Numbered from the stretch's first letter, positions 33,008 to 44,539 are shown. The stretch is DNA of 64,000 nucleotides from an uncultured delta proteobacterium (GCA_963745035.1 CAVUVW010000013.1:1440001-1504000); one strand, 5' to 3'. The notes: generated by a model not told the origin, from the sequence alone. Translations and numbers: made by a program.

Positions 33008-33554
33008 ATGCAAAACAAATATCAAGAGCAATTCGGCTACCCGATTCCTCGCACGGCCGGAAAAGTCCGACCATTTATGGCCGAGTGGATTCAGGAGTTC
33101 ATTCGGCACTCGCCATTCTGTGTCATGGCAACGAGCAGTAGCGAGGGCGATTGCGACGCTTCACCCAAAGGCGGGCACGCCCGGCTTCGTGAAAGTCTTA
33201 AACGACAAGCAATTGTTCATTCCCGACGTCGCCGGCAATAAGCTCTTCCACGGCTACAGCAACATCGAGAGCAATCCGAAAGTCGGCTTGATTTTTCTTA
33301 TTCCCGGCCACAACCAAACCGTGCGGGTGAATGGCAGGGCCAAAGTGATCGGCAACGCCAAGCTAGCCGATGTAAAACTGGAAGTGCACAATCCCGACGA
33401 AAAAGCGGAAGTCCTGCAAGGATTGCTGCTCGATGTCGAGGAATCCTACAGCCACTGCCCGAGAGCGCTCAAGTTCTCCAAACTCTGGGACGTGGAAGAA
33501 ATTTCAAAAAATATCGCACAGCCGCCGCTGCCGCCCAAAGAGCCGGGAATCTAA
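33008..33554 (+). CDS. Pyridoxamine 5'-phosphate oxidase-like FMN-binding protein (frameshift near 33175)
   Basis: FIRHSPFCVMAT, CDASPKGG, IPDVAGNKL, NPKVGLIFLIPG, YSHCPRAL. Confidence 0.85.
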
Positions 33555-33586
33555 AAGCCTGCGATCGCAATTGACGGAATCGCGCT

Positions 33587-35326
33587 CTAAATTCGTTCCT
33601 GAATCCCGTAGCGCGAGCTGATTTTCTGCGCGATCGAGACCAGCACGATCAGCAAGCTGAACATCACCACGCCGAACGCGCTCAGCAGCGGGAACGAGCC
33701 GTTCGACCACAGATCGAAGATAATCACCGACGCCGTGCGATTGTTCGAGCGCGCGAGCATGAGCGAGATCGTCAGTTCCCGGTAGGCGTGCACCATCACC
33801 CAAAACCAACCGGCCATGAGACCCGGCCGAAGCAATGGCAGATAAATGTGATAGAAATTTCTCCACCACCCTCCGCCCGCCACTGCCGCAGCTTCCTCCA
33901 GCTCGGTGTGAATCTGCACCATCGAGGTCGAAACAAAACGCAGCGCAAACGGCAGGTATCGCGTCAGATAAGCCAAGCCAATGATGCTCAGGGTTCCGAT
34001 GACGGGCAGAGGCACAAGCAGATAAAGCCACATGAACGCCGAGCCGAGCACCACGCTCGGCAGCGCGATCGGCGCAAAGCCGAGGAAGTCGAGAATTTTC
34101 CGGCCGCCGACATGCGTCTTATGGACGAAGTAGCTGATCGCGGCGACGAGCAGCATGATGACCGACGCCGTGCTTATGCCGAGCAAGGTGCTGTTCCACA
34201 GAGGCTTTAAGGCATAGCCGCCGTCCGCGAGCAGATTGGCATAGTTCGACAGAGTCATGACGGACAGCACTTCCATGCTCGGCGGTTGAAAGCGCGGCAG
34301 CACCGACGCATAGAGCATGGTTAGAAAAGGCAGCCCGGTGATGAGAAACACGAGCAACAAACTCAGCGCACAGGTAAGGTATTTCCATCTTCCAAGATCG
34401 ATCCGGCGCGGCCGATAGTCCTTGCCGGTGATGGTCTGGTAACGCTCGCCGTGACGCACCAGGCGGAAGTAAACGTAAAGCAGCACCATGGCGAGGAGCA
34501 GCAGGATCATCGAGTAGGTGCTCGACAGTCCCCAGTCCGTCGGCATGCGCGACGTATTGAAGTAAACCTCCGTCGTGTAGACCGCGACCCGGGCGCGGCC
34601 GCCGAGCAAGAGCGGCACCTCGAAACTTTCAACGGTTTGAATAAACAGCAGCAAAGCCGAGGCGGCGGCCGCTGGCAGGAGCAGCGGCAAGGTCACGCGG
34701 CGAAACGTCGGCCAAGTACCTGCCCCGGCGATCGATGACGCTTCTTCCAGCCGCGGGTCGATGGATTTCATCGCGGCGGACATAAGCAGGTAGGCCAGAG
34801 GCGTCATTTCGAGGGCCTGCACCCACACCATCCCCCAGAACGAATAGATGTTAAAAAATCTCGGAACGCCCGTGAGCGATTGACGAGATGATTCAGGACA
34901 CCGATGCTGGGGCTCGCCATCAGAATCCAGGAGATCGTGATCATGACACCCGGGATGATGATTCGGCCCAGGGTGATCGTTCCGATGATCCGCCCTGCCG
35001 GCGTATTCGTCCGCTCGACGGTCCAGGCGAGAAAAGTTCCCCAGACGAACGAACAGAGCGTGGTCGCCGCGGCGAAATAAAATGTGTTGAGGGTCGACTC
35101 CCAAAACGCTCTGTATGCCGTAGGCCCTGGCGTAATTCGAAAGCGTGAAGCTCAGATCCAAAAACCCCGGCGCGCCGGGCCGGATTGTTTTAAGGCTGGT
35201 CCAAACGATGAGTACGAGAGGAACTACGACCTGGTAGACCAGGATCAGAACCAAAGCGATGAGAACGACGTTGGCGCCGGTCAGCAGCGGCGGCCGGACG
35301 CTCCAACGGAGCGTGTTTGTCGTCAT
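33587..35326 (-). CDS. FbpB-type iron/thiamine ABC transporter permease (two EAA loops)
   Basis: IDPRLEEASSIAGA and IHTELEEAAAVAG; compensating frameshifts in the N-terminal part. Confidence 0.88.
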   Translation of the reverse strand: MTTNTLRWSVRPPLLTGANVVLIALVLILVYQVVVPLVLIVWTSLKTIRPGAPGFLDLSFTLSNYARAYGIQSVLGVDPQHILFRRGDHALFVRLGNFSRLDRRADEYAGRADHRNDHPGPNHHPGCHDHDLLDSDGEPQHRCPESSRQSLTGVPRFFNIYSFWGMVWVQALEMTPLAYLLMSAAMKSIDPRLEEASSIAGAGTWPTFRRVTLPLLLPAAAASALLLFIQTVESFEVPLLLGGRARVAVYTTEVYFNTSRMPTDWGLSSTYSMILLLLAMVLLYVYFRLVRHGERYQTITGKDYRPRRIDLGRWKYLTCALSLLLVFLITGLPFLTMLYASVLPRFQPPSMEVLSVMTLSNYANLLADGGYALKPLWNSTLLGISTASVIMLLVAAISYFVHKTHVGGRKILDFLGFAPIALPSVVLGSAFMWLYLLVPLPVIGTLSIIGLAYLTRYLPFALRFVSTSMVQIHTELEEAAAVAGGGWWRNFYHIYLPLLRPGLMAGWFWVMVHAYRELTISLMLARSNNRTASVIIFDLWSNGSFPLLSAFGVVMFSLLIVLVSIAQKISSRYGIQERI

Positions 35327-35344
35327 GAGCGGAGACGCCGCGCG

Positions 35345-36424
35345 TTACTTCCCCCGGCCGATGTACTGGCCCCAGGCGTCGTGCAGCCGCTTGGTGATAT
35401 CGTCGCTCACGATGTTGTAAGTTACGAGCTTCACGTCATCCGGGAGAAACGGGTGCTTCGTGGCCAGCGGCCCACGCAAGATCCATTGATCAGATTTTGG
35501 CTGTCCTGGGAGAGCGTCCAGTCGACGAACAGCGCCGAAGCGTAGGGATTGCGCGTGTTCTTGTTGATGATCATGCCACCCGCGAAGGAGAGTATCGGCG
35601 CCGTCAGCACCATCGCGAAAGGGCGCCTTGGGGTCCTTTTTCTTGGCTTCCATGCCGGTGTAAAAATAATTGTCGCCTTGCAGCGCGTGGTCGCCGGTGA
35701 GCATGAGTTCCATGCGTTGTGTGTGACCGGTTTGAATGATCGGTTGATTCTGTCCGATGCATTTCAACCACTCTTTGGTTTTCTCTTCGCCCATCATGAC
35801 GTAGAGGCCTGCTAGGAATCGTGTCTCCGACGGATCGAACGAAATCTGGCCTTTGAATTCCGGCTTACAGAGATCGAACCAGGTCTTGGGGGCGCGGTCG
35901 GGCTTGATCAGGTTCGTATTGTAAGAGATGCCGTGCTCGGCCCAATACCACGGCACCCAACGATTCTCCTTGTCGATGAAACCGTGATACTGCTTCAAGA
36001 TTTTTTTGGTCGCCGGCGTGGGATATTTCGCGACCAGGTTTTGCTTCAAGATAACCGCCATGTCCGGCACGCCCAAAGTAAGAATGTCCGTCAGGTGCCG
36101 CCCGGCGGTCTCCTCGGCGATGAAGCGTTCCGCCGCATCCTGCGAGCCCAGATCGCCCATGTCGAGCTTGATAAACGGATAGCGCTTTTCGAAAAGCCTC
36201 ACGTGATCCCGCGCATTCTTGCCGCGCCAGGTGTGAACGAAATTGAGCTTGCCTTCCTTGCGCGCGCCCTCTTCGATGCGTTTTTCGCGCTGATCATCAG
36301 GCAGCTTAGCCATAGTGGAGTAGAGCTGCTCCGGCGAAGCCTCGGCGGCAAAGCTCGAAGTCGCGGACAACATCGGCAACAATCCGATGATGACGAATGC
36401 AAAAGCTCCAACAAACGTGAACAT
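35345..36424 (-). CDS. Extracellular solute-binding protein (FbpA-like)
   Basis: GARKEGKL, GISYNTNLI, APKTWFDL, NPYASALFVDW (alternate frame); GGAGG RBS. Confidence 0.85.
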   Translation of the reverse strand: MFTFVGAFAFVIIGLLPMLSATSSFAAEASPEQLYSTMAKLPDDQREKRIEEGARKEGKLNFVHTWRGKNARDHVRLFEKRYPFIKLDMGDLGSQDAAERFIAEETAGRHLTDILTLGVPDMAVILKQNLVAKYPTPATKKILKQYHGFIDKENRWVPWYWAEHGISYNTNLIKPDRAPKTWFDLCKPEFKGQISFDPSETRFLAGLYVMMGEEKTKEWLKCIGQNQPIIQTGHTQRMELMLTGDHALQGDNYFYTGMEAKKKDPKAPFRDGADGADTLLRGWHDHQQEHAQSLRFGAVRRLDALPGQPKSDQWILRGPLATKHPFLPDDVKLVTYNIVSDDITKRLHDAWGQYIGRGK

Positions 36425-36614
36425 TGCGATTACCTCCGTGCGAATGGATGCCGTCGTCTTCCTATATTCCAGTTGTGCGCGTGGTTTCAAGCAGTGTTTT
36501 GCCAACCCGTCCGGATCAAGGTAGAATTCCTCTGCAATTGTCAGAATGTTATTCTGAGGCGCAGCCGAAGACTCTGCTTTTCGTAAGCCAGTCTTGATAT
36601 CGAAGGATTTCGCG

Positions 36615-37573
36615 ATGCCACCAAAAATTTACATCGACGGCCAGGCGGGAACGACGGCGCTACGTGTTCGCGACTGGCTGGCGGGCCGGAAAGATCTCGA
36701 GGTCGTAACTCTTCCTGAAGAGCTGCGCAAAGATCCCGCCGCGCGCAAAAAAGCGCTTCAGGATGCCGCGATCGTACTTCTTTGCCTGCCGGACGACGCA
36801 TCACGCGAAGCCGCGGAGTGGCTGGCCGACTTCCCCGTCAGAATTCTCGATGCCAGCACCGCGCATCGCGTCACAGAAGGTTGGACCTATGGCCTGCCGG
36901 AGCTACTTGCCGGGCAGCGGGAGCAGATCGCTAAATCCCAACGCGTGGCGAATCCCGGCTGCTATGCCTCGGCCGTCGATTTTGCTCGTGCGGCCGCTTG
37001 GTCGACGCCGGTTTACTTTCTACGGACACGCCGCTCGCCATTCACGCGCTCTCCGGTTACTCGGGCGGTGGCCGTTCCATGATCGAGCGCTGGGAAGATC
37101 CCAAGGGTGGTTTGCCTAAGCTTCCTCACGAAGCGCCTTACAGCATCGGCAAGCTGCACAAACATATCCCGGAAATCATGCGCCATGGCGCGCTCAGCGT
37201 GGAACCACAGTTTCTACCCAACGTCGGCCCCTTTCGCTGCGGCATGCGCGTCGAGATCATGGTTCCGGCCAAGTTGCGGCTAAAATCGGGCAGCGGCAAA
37301 GCCATGTGGGAGATATTGTCGGCGCGCTACGAAAAGGAAATGTTCGTCCGAGTCGAAGAGCTAACGGACGCGGGCGAATCAGACGAATTCAGCTTCGATC
37401 CGCAGGCTCATAATAATACCAACGTAATATCGCTGCGCGTACTGCCCCATCAGTCCGGCCACATCCTGCTGATGGCCCGGCTCGATAACCTCGGCAAAGG
37501 CGCTGCCGGCGTAGCGATTCAGAACTTGAATCTCATGCTTGGCGTCCCGGAAGACACCGGCTTGCCGCGATGA
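36615..37573 (+). CDS. argC: N-acetyl-gamma-glutamyl-phosphate reductase (type 2), frameshift near 36980
   Basis: IYIDGQAGTTAL, LDASTAHR, VANPGCY, SGYSGGG, LDNLGKGAAG. Confidence 0.93.
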
Positions 37574-37592
37574 AGCGGCGAACGCCGAAAAG

Positions 37593-38453
37593 CTAATTTT
37601 TGCGTTCCGACTTTCTCGCGTTCGGCACGATTCGTACAAAAGCCGGCGTCACGGGCACCAGCGCACGAATCCCCTTAGCGAGCCACAGAAGCTTTTTCTG
37701 TTTTCGTTCGTTCCACTCCAGTCCATACCCGTCGCGAAGGCTTTCAGGAAGCAGGCCCGCGGTCACCAGGCGAAAAACGGGACCCGCCGGTTTTAAGATC
37801 CACGGAGCCGGATAGAGCACATCGGCCGCGAGATTCCTGGCTGTGGGACCGGGTACGATTCCACCATCTGTCAAAGCCTCGTTCATGTAACTGTCGAAGG
37901 CTTCCACGGACGATGGAATATTTGGCTCATGGACGCCGAACAAAGCCGCGAGCCTTTTCGAGTCATCGTAGTACTCGGCGCGTTCCACCGCCTTGAGCGG
38001 CGCAACGAAAAGGTCGTACGCGACCATCGCCGAATCGATCAAGGTCGCGTGCACCCACAATAGCAAGTCTTGATCCGACGCGTCGTAGGCCGCGCCGCCA
38101 TGCGACGCCTCATCTACGGGCACATGGCCGCGAACCCGCTTGTGGACCATTTCCACTTGCCGCAGTGCTTCGCGCGCTTGTGATTCTTCATCAAACACGA
38201 TCGACCACATCCGGCTCATCGTGCGGTAAAGCCGGCCCAACGGATCTTCCTGGAAGCGGCTGTGCGCCGCCACACCGGCGGCTACCTTCGGATGAGCGAG
38301 CTGCATGAGCAGCGCGCGGCCGCCGGCGAGCAGCAAAGCCATTTCTCGATTGACCGTCCAAATCTTGCTCGTCCGAGCAAAGAAGCGTTTACTTTCTTGC
38401 GCTACGATTGCGTTGGAATTATCGTGGGCGAGATAATCGTAAGTTTCCATCAC
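37593..38453 (-). CDS. Oxygenase MpaB/DUF2236 family protein
   Basis: GGRALLMQLAHPKVAAGV, DPLGRLYRT, YDASDQDLLLWVHATL. Confidence 0.88.
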   Translation of the reverse strand: MMETYDYLAHDNSNAIVAQESKRFFARTSKIWTVNREMALLLAGGRALLMQLAHPKVAAGVAAHSRFQEDPLGRLYRTMSRMWSIVFDEESQAREALRQVEMVHKRVRGHVPVDEASHGGAAYDASDQDLLLWVHATLIDSAMVAYDLFVAPLKAVERAEYYDDSKRLAALFGVHEPNIPSSVEAFDSYMNEALTDGGIVPGPTARNLAADVLYPAPWILKPAGPVFRLVTAGLLPESLRDGYGLEWNERKQKKLLWLAKGIRALVPVTPAFVRIVPNARKSERKN

Positions 38454-38500
38454 TGATCAGCATCCGGATCTAGCAAGTTGCTAAAAACCCCTCTCGGAGT

Positions 38501-38574
38501 CCTTCGACGCGGCTCAGGACGAACGGACTTTGAAAGTCGTTGATGACTTCCGTTCATGCTGAGGTTCTCGAAGC
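38501..38574. repeat. REP-like imperfect palindrome
   Basis: CCTTCGAC...CTCAGGACGAACGG...CCGTTCATGCTGAG...TCGAAG. Confidence 0.6.
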
Positions 38575-38597
38575 ATTCCGAACTCTTTTCACCAATG

Positions 38598-39836
38598 CTA
38601 AGCAACGCTATCGCCTGACAGCACAACCTCCGCGACCCTTTCGTTGCGTCGATCCACCGCGGGCAAAATCCACCAGGCGAATCCGCCCAGCACTAACAAT
38701 CCGCCGCCGCAAATGAGATAGAGCATGTCGATGCCGCTCCGGTCGATGAACCATCCCGCTGAGAGGTTCGACGCCATGCCGGCGACGCCGCTGCCCACCA
38801 TCGAAAGTACTCCCTGCGCCGTAGAGCGCAGTTTCTCCGGTGCGACTGCATCGAGGTAAAGTGGGCTCCCCAAGTTGAGCCCGACAACCGTGACGCCGTG
38901 CAATGCCTGAACGACGAACAAGATCGTCGGATCGGTGACGAGAGCGCAAAGCGACCAGCGCACGCCGCCGATCAACACGCCCAACGCTACGAGCCCGCGC
39001 GCGCCGAGCCGCTTCAAGCCGCTTCCGGTCAGCCACACGAGAGGTATCTCGACGATCAGCATAAGGATCCACATGTCGCGAATCGTGCCCAAGTCGCCGC
39101 CGCGCGAGCGCACGAAGAGCGGAAAGAGCCACATCGGACCATGCATCAAGAAATGGGCGAGCAAAGAAAATACGAGGAATCGCGCGAAGGCTCGGTTGCC
39201 GATCAGCCCGCGCCAATCACCCCGCGCGGCGCGCAGGCCGACAACACCCTTCCTCGGCAGAAAAAACGCGACAAACGCGGCTATCAGAACGAGAGCGGCG
39301 GTGATCGGAAACATCAAGCCGAGCCCAGGCTGCGAAACGCCGACTGCCGCCGCGCGGTATTCAAGCGGAGCGGGAAAATTTTGCAAAATCCAAGGGAACA
39401 CAAGAATAATGATAAAATAGCCCACGGTTCCCCAGACGCGCACCCTCCCGAATGCGTGCCGGCCCTCATCGCGCAGAATCGCCATGCTCACCGACATCAT
39501 CATCGGGAAAATTGGTGTGCCAACCAGTGCGAGAATGGAGGTTGCAAGCACGATCGGCCAGAATCCTGCCGCCATGCCCAGCATGAGATAGCCGAACGCA
39601 GTGCCAACGGTGAGAAAAGCCAAAGTGCGCGTGCGCGCGCCGGTTCGATCGGCAATCTGCCCCCAGACCGGCTGAGCGAACATGCCGACCAGCGGTGATA
39701 TCGCCAGGACCAATCCGACTTGCGTCCCGGAAAGTCCGGCATTTTCTCTTAGATAGAGGCTGAAATACGGAAAGAAAATCCCCAGCGAACCGAAGTACAC
39801 GAACCAAAACGAGGTGAGCGGAATAGAATGCCACAT
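38598..39836 (-). CDS. MFS transporter (HcaT/nucleoside:H+ symporter-like)
   Basis: About 12 TM helices, WGQIADRTG, FGRVRVWGTVG, RSTAQG. Confidence 0.88.
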   Translation of the reverse strand: MWHSIPLTSFWFVYFGSLGIFFPYFSLYLRENAGLSGTQVGLVLAISPLVGMFAQPVWGQIADRTGARTRTLAFLTVGTAFGYLMLGMAAGFWPIVLATSILALVGTPIFPMMMSVSMAILRDEGRHAFGRVRVWGTVGYFIIILVFPWILQNFPAPLEYRAAAVGVSQPGLGLMFPITAALVLIAAFVAFFLPRKGVVGLRAARGDWRGLIGNRAFARFLVFSLLAHFLMHGPMWLFPLFVRSRGGDLGTIRDMWILMLIVEIPLVWLTGSGLKRLGARGLVALGVLIGGVRWSLCALVTDPTILFVVQALHGVTVVGLNLGSPLYLDAVAPEKLRSTAQGVLSMVGSGVAGMASNLSAGWFIDRSGIDMLYLICGGGLLVLGGFAWWILPAVDRRNERVAEVVLSGDSVA

Positions 39837-39876
39837 TGCGCGATGATAGCATTCATCATCGCCGTCTTCGACGGCG

Positions 39877-39974
39877 GTTCCATCCGTTTCAATTGTTCCA
39901 GAGTTCCAAGGCGTTCACGACGAGGAATTCGATTACGATTGGAACGTTTGAAACGGCTGGAACGATTGGAACGC
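39877..39974. repeat. Inverted 9-mer arrays (GTTCCA / TGGAAC)
   Basis: gttccatcc gtttcaatt gttccaga gttccaag ... ttggaacgt ttgaaacgg ctggaacga ttggaacg. Confidence 0.75.
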
Positions 39975-39993
39975 GAGCGAAGCGAGAGCCCCT

Positions 39994-40527
39994 GTGAACT
40001 GCGCCGCCAGCCGCACCGTCCATACTATCGGCCATTCGACGCGATCGATCGAGAACTTCATCGACCTGCTCCGAGCGCATGCGATCGAACTGCTGATCGA
40101 CGTGCGCCGCTGGCCGGCCTCCAAGCGAAATCCGCAGTTCGGCCGAGAGGCTCTCGCGGCATCGCTCAACGAAACCGGTGTTGAGTACCTGTGGCGCGGT
40201 GACCTCGGCGGCTTTCGCAAGCCCAAGCCGGATTCGGTCAATACCGCTTGGCAGGTCGGCGCCTTCCGCGCCTATGCAGATTTCATGTTGACGCCGGAAT
40301 TCGCAAACATCGTATTTGAAGTCGAAAAGCTAGCAGGCACGAAACGCGCCGCCTTCATGTGTGCCGAAGCCGTGCCTTGGCAGTGCCACCGTCAGCTGTT
40401 GGCCGACGCCTTTCTTGTGCGCGGTTGGAACGTGCGCCACATCATGGACGACGGCTGCCGCGAGCATCGGCTGCCGCCGTTTGCGCGGCCAGACGGTGAG
40501 CGGATTGTTTACAGCGGACTGATTTAA
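39994..40527 (+). CDS. DUF488 family protein
   Basis: HTIGHSTR, LIDVRRWPAS, MCAEAVPWQCHR. Confidence 0.9.
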   Translation: MNCAASRTVHTIGHSTRSIENFIDLLRAHAIELLIDVRRWPASKRNPQFGREALAASLNETGVEYLWRGDLGGFRKPKPDSVNTAWQVGAFRAYADFMLTPEFANIVFEVEKLAGTKRAAFMCAEAVPWQCHRQLLADAFLVRGWNVRHIMDDGCREHRLPPFARPDGERIVYSGLI

Positions 40528-40598
40528 GCGCAAGAATGAACTACCCGCGCAGCAAGCTGCGCGGTTTCGAAGGCTCGTCATACAAACGATTCCGATTC

Positions 40599-40676
40599 CG
40601 TCACCCCCGAATGTTTTAGTCGGGGGTCCAGATCCGGATTAGCCTGGATTCCCGCTTAAAACATGCGGGAATGACG
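40599..40676. repeat. CGTC-type REP doublet between convergent genes
   Basis: CGTCACCCCCGA...TCGGGGGTCCAG...CTGGATTCCCGC...GCGGGAATGACG. Confidence 0.7.
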
Positions 40677-40742
40677 AACTTCTGATGGGTCGTTGCGAAA
40701 ACGCAGCAGCCCGGAATGAATCCCCCACCGATTTAACGCGGT

Positions 40743-41511
40743 CTATCTGTACATGCCCGTGGGATCGAGTTCGTCACGAATCAGGCGCAGATCTTCCGCG
40801 GAAGGCGCGCTGACTTCGTCGATCTTGGCGGCGAGTCGGAGCGGCCAACCGACCTCGGCTTGCACATCGCTCACCGTCACGCCGGGATAGAGGGCGCTTA
40901 GCTGCATTTCGCGCTGGGGATTGTCGAAGCTCAAAATCGCTTTGTCGGTGATCATGAGTTCCGGACCGCCGCCGGGAAGGCCGAGCCGGGCGCGGCTATC
41001 GCCGCCCGTGAGGTGGCCCGGGCTGGTGACAAAATCAAGCTTTTCGACGAAGGCCCTGCGCTTTAGCCGCATGATCATGAACGTGCGCTGAGCGTTGGTG
41101 GCGATTTCGCAGGCGCCGCCGCTGCCCGGAAGACGCGTTTTGGGTTTGGCGTAGTCGCCGATCACGGTGGAATTGAGATTGCCATGCCGATCGACCTGAG
41201 CGCCGCCGAGAAGCGCGATCTCGACCAGGCCGCGCTGCAAATACAAACCGAACAGATCCGCCATCGAAACTACCGAGGTGGCGCCGCTGACCAGAGGTCG
41301 GATCGCCGATGGAGAGCGGCAAACGCTCCGGCCGCGCGCCGTAAACGCCCGATTCGTAGATCAGCTCCATGTCCGGCGCGACGGTACGTTGGGCAAGATT
41401 ACACGCGATGTTCGGCAGGCCGACGCCGACAAACACGGTGCGCGCTCCACTCAACGCGTGCGCCGCAGTGACGATCATCATTTCCGAGGGCGTGTAGGCG
41501 ACCTCGCTCAT
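40743..41511 (-). CDS. pcaJ: CoA-transferase beta subunit (GctB-type, probable 3-oxoadipate CoA-transferase), frameshifted
   Basis: VFVGVGLP, LIYESG (catalytic Glu), LGGAQVDRHGNLNST, RLPGSGGA; located in the pca cluster. Confidence 0.75.
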
Positions 41512-42441
41512 CGATACCTCCCGTAATCCACCGACGGCGCTAAGCAAAGGCTCCGGTTTGAGTTGGTCGAAACGCGCCTGGCCGACTTTGCGCACGTACG
41601 CAGCGTGATTTTCCAAACCGTACACCCATTCGGCGAGCCACGCTTCCACCGCCGCCTGATCCTGCGACAACTTGTCCCAGTCCAGATAGGATTCATTGTC
41701 TCGGTCATAGTAGCCTTGGACATACGACGGGTGCGCGCCGTAAGGTTCATGCACCACCGCATCGACGATCAGGCCGGGTATCAACGTGCGGTTGGGATCG
41801 GCGCGGATCACCGATTCATCGACCAACTCCTCGACCGCCACGATCACGTTCTTTGAGGCGAACGCCACTTCCTTTTGCATGCCGAGAAGTCCCCACAACT
41901 GCGTGTTCCCTTGTCGATCGGCGCGCTGCGCGTGGATGATCGCGACATCGGGACTGAGTGGCGGCACCACGGCGATCTTGCCGGTGCCGTAAGGATCGTC
42001 GATAACTTTGATTAGCGGATTGGCTTCGAGCATGTCCGAACCGACGTAGCTGCGCAGCGCAAAGAACGGCGCGCGCGCTGCGCCCGCGGCATAGCGTCCG
42101 ACCAGCCCATAGTGGGAATACTCCTCCAGCTCCAAGGCTTGGGGAATCGCTTTTTCCACGGCGCGGCGAATACAGTAGAGCGATCCGACTCCGGGATTGC
42201 CCATGTAACTGAAGATCAATTTTTTCGCCGTGCCCGCCGCGATCATCTGATCGTAGATCAGATCGGGAGTCATGCGGATCAAGGTCAGGTCGCGGCGCTT
42301 CTGGCGAATGATCTCATGGCCGGCGGCAAAGGAAATGAACCCGGTGAAGCCTTCGATGGCCAAGGAGCAGCCGTCTTTAACGTATTCGGAGACAGCTTCC
42401 CGCATCGTTACAAGCTTGTCGTTCTTGGTTGTTTCATTCAT
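41508..42441 (-). CDS. pcaI: CoA-transferase alpha subunit (GctA-type)
   Basis: EGFTGFISFAAGHEIIRQ, RMTPDLIYDQ, GNPGVGSL, HAQRADRQGN, GAHPSY; ATGA overlap with the beta subunit. Confidence 0.75.
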
Positions 42442-42458
42442 GGCTGCGGCAAACTCTT

Positions 42459-43813
42459 TCAGGTTATGATTCGCCTCGCGTTTTTTAGAACGGCATCGAT
42501 CATCTGAGCGCTTTGCCCGAGATAATTTTCCGGCTGAGCCAGCTTGCTCCAGTCTATCGTGCCGTCGGCGACGTGTCCTTTCGCTCAATCGCTGGACGGA
42601 TTTCGATCAACGGCCTATTCTCGGTCGTAGCGGCGGCACACGCTTGCTTGACCAATTCTTCGGCCTTCGGCCGCGGCATGACGCCGGCCAGCGCAAAGAC
42701 CGCGGACTCGGCTAGAATGACATCGTTGGCCTTCGCTATGTTGGCGCGCATCGCCGCCGCGTCCACTTGCAGATTCTGCGCAAGGTAGAGCGCGTGCTTG
42801 AGCGCGCCGCCGGTGAGCAGAATCATTTGCGGCAGAGTCAGCCACTCCACCTGCCAGCCGTGCGTGGCGCGCTCGTGTTCCTGAATCTGCGCTTGGTGCA
42901 TGGCCGACAAAAGCGCCGCATTGGTCCGCGCCGCGGCGAGGATCAATTCGCTCGTGATTGGATTGGATTTCTGCGGCATCGTGCTGCTGCCGCCGCGCCC
43001 CGTCTCTGCCGATTCGCCGGCTTCACCGACTTCGGTTTGCGCCAGGAGAATGATGTCCTGCGCCATCTTGCCGAGGCTTCCGGTGACCAGGCTCAACCAG
43101 CCGGCAAACTCGGCGATGCTGTCGCGCTGCGCATGCCAGGGCATCACGGGAACATTCAATTTGAGCTCCTTCGCGAGTTCATGAGCCACGCGCAAGCCCT
43201 TGTCGCCCAGGGCCGCCAAAGTGCCGGCAGCGCCGCCGAACTGAAGGACCAGCAGGCGTGGCGAGATCTCCACGAGCCGTTCGGCGTGTCTAACCAGCGG
43301 CGCGATCCAACTCGCAACCTTCAAGCCGAACGTGATAGGGAGAGCCTGCTGCCCGTGCGTTCGTCCTGCGAGCACAGTATCCCGATGACGGTCGGCCAGA
43401 TCGCTCAAATGCCGCGCGATCTCGCCGAGCCGCGATCGCAGAACTTTTATCGCTGAGCGCACCTGCAAAACGCAGGCTGTGTCCATGATGTCCTGCGTCG
43501 TCGCGCCCCAATGAATATAGGGTGCCGCCTCGGCGCCAACCTGTTTCCGCAGCTCTTGGACCAGAGCGATGATCGGAAAGCCGGAACGCACGGTGCCGTG
43601 CGTCAATGCCGCTAGCTCGACTTTGTCTGCGTCGACTTTAGCGATCTGCTCCGCCGCTTTGGTTGGGATGACGCCCACACGCGCTTCTGCGCGTGCCAAC
43701 GCGACCTCGACTTCGACCAGAGCGCGGACCAGTGCCGCATCGCTCAGCAAAGCGGCTATTTCTTCGTCAGTGAACAGCGGCTTGAAGATCGCTGAATCGA
43801 GAGGCGTTGCCAT
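42459..43813 (-). CDS. pcaB: 3-carboxy-cis,cis-muconate cycloisomerase (C-terminal frameshifts)
   Basis: IHWGATTQD, GRTHGQQA, QFGGAAGTL, GGSSTMPQKSNP; true C-terminus PENYLGQS in another frame. Confidence 0.9.
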
Positions 43814-43925
43814 CTGAATTGTGAGCTATGAAAGCAAACCCTTCGCGGAGCTTAACCTGAGCACAGCCGAAGGATTCAGGATGACAGAGTTTGCCATGCT
43901 GAACACCGCGAAGCATCCGCTTTTC

Positions 43926-43958
43926 ATCACTCCATTACTCCAACGCTCCAACGCTCCA
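43926..43958. repeat. Octamer array (nnnCTCCA x4)
   Basis: atcactcc attactcc aacgctcc aacgctcc between pcaG and pcaB. Confidence 0.75.
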
Positions 43959-43969
43959 GTCCTAAGAGC

Positions 43970-44539
43970 TTACATATCAAAGAAAACCGTCTCGTCTTCT
44001 CCCTGGAGCCGGATATCAAAACTGTAAACCGTTTTGTCGTGGTCCATTCCGGGCACCGCAATCAAAGTCTGACGGCGTTTCTTGTTCTTGATTGAACTCA
44101 AAACCGGATCATTCTCGTTGGCGGCCTCATCACCGAAGTATATGCGCGTATACGCGTGCAGGAGCATGCCGCGCGCAAAGACGACCACGTTGATGTGCGG
44201 CGCCTGCACAGTCCCATCAGGGCCAGGCACTGGACCGGGCTTGATAGTTTCGAAGCTGTAAACGCAATTGTCGTCGGTGCCCGACCTTCCCCACCCGATG
44301 AACGTCACGTCGAGCGGTTTCTCCTGCTTATCGTCAGGATGATTGTAGCGCCCATAACTATTGGCTTGCCAAATCTCCACCATCGTATCCGGAATAGGCT
44401 TGCCGTCGCCGTCGAACACGCGTCCCTCGATGCGGATACGTTGGCCCTCCGTAGCATCGTTCACCAGGACATTCATGGTCTTGCTCGTAAGCCCGATGGA
44501 ATAGAACGGCCCGACTGTCTGAGAAGGAGTCTGCTTCAT
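43970..44539 (-). CDS. pcaG: Protocatechuate 3,4-dioxygenase alpha subunit
   Basis: QTPSQTVGPF, EIWQAN, QAPHINV, FDIRLQGEDETVFFD. Confidence 0.95.
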   Translation of the reverse strand: MKQTPSQTVGPFYSIGLTSKTMNVLVNDATEGQRIRIEGRVFDGDGKPIPDTMVEIWQANSYGRYNHPDDKQEKPLDVTFIGWGRSGTDDNCVYSFETIKPGPVPGPDGTVQAPHINVVVFARGMLLHAYTRIYFGDEAANENDPVLSSIKNKKRRQTLIAVPGMDHDKTVYSFDIRLQGEDETVFFDM

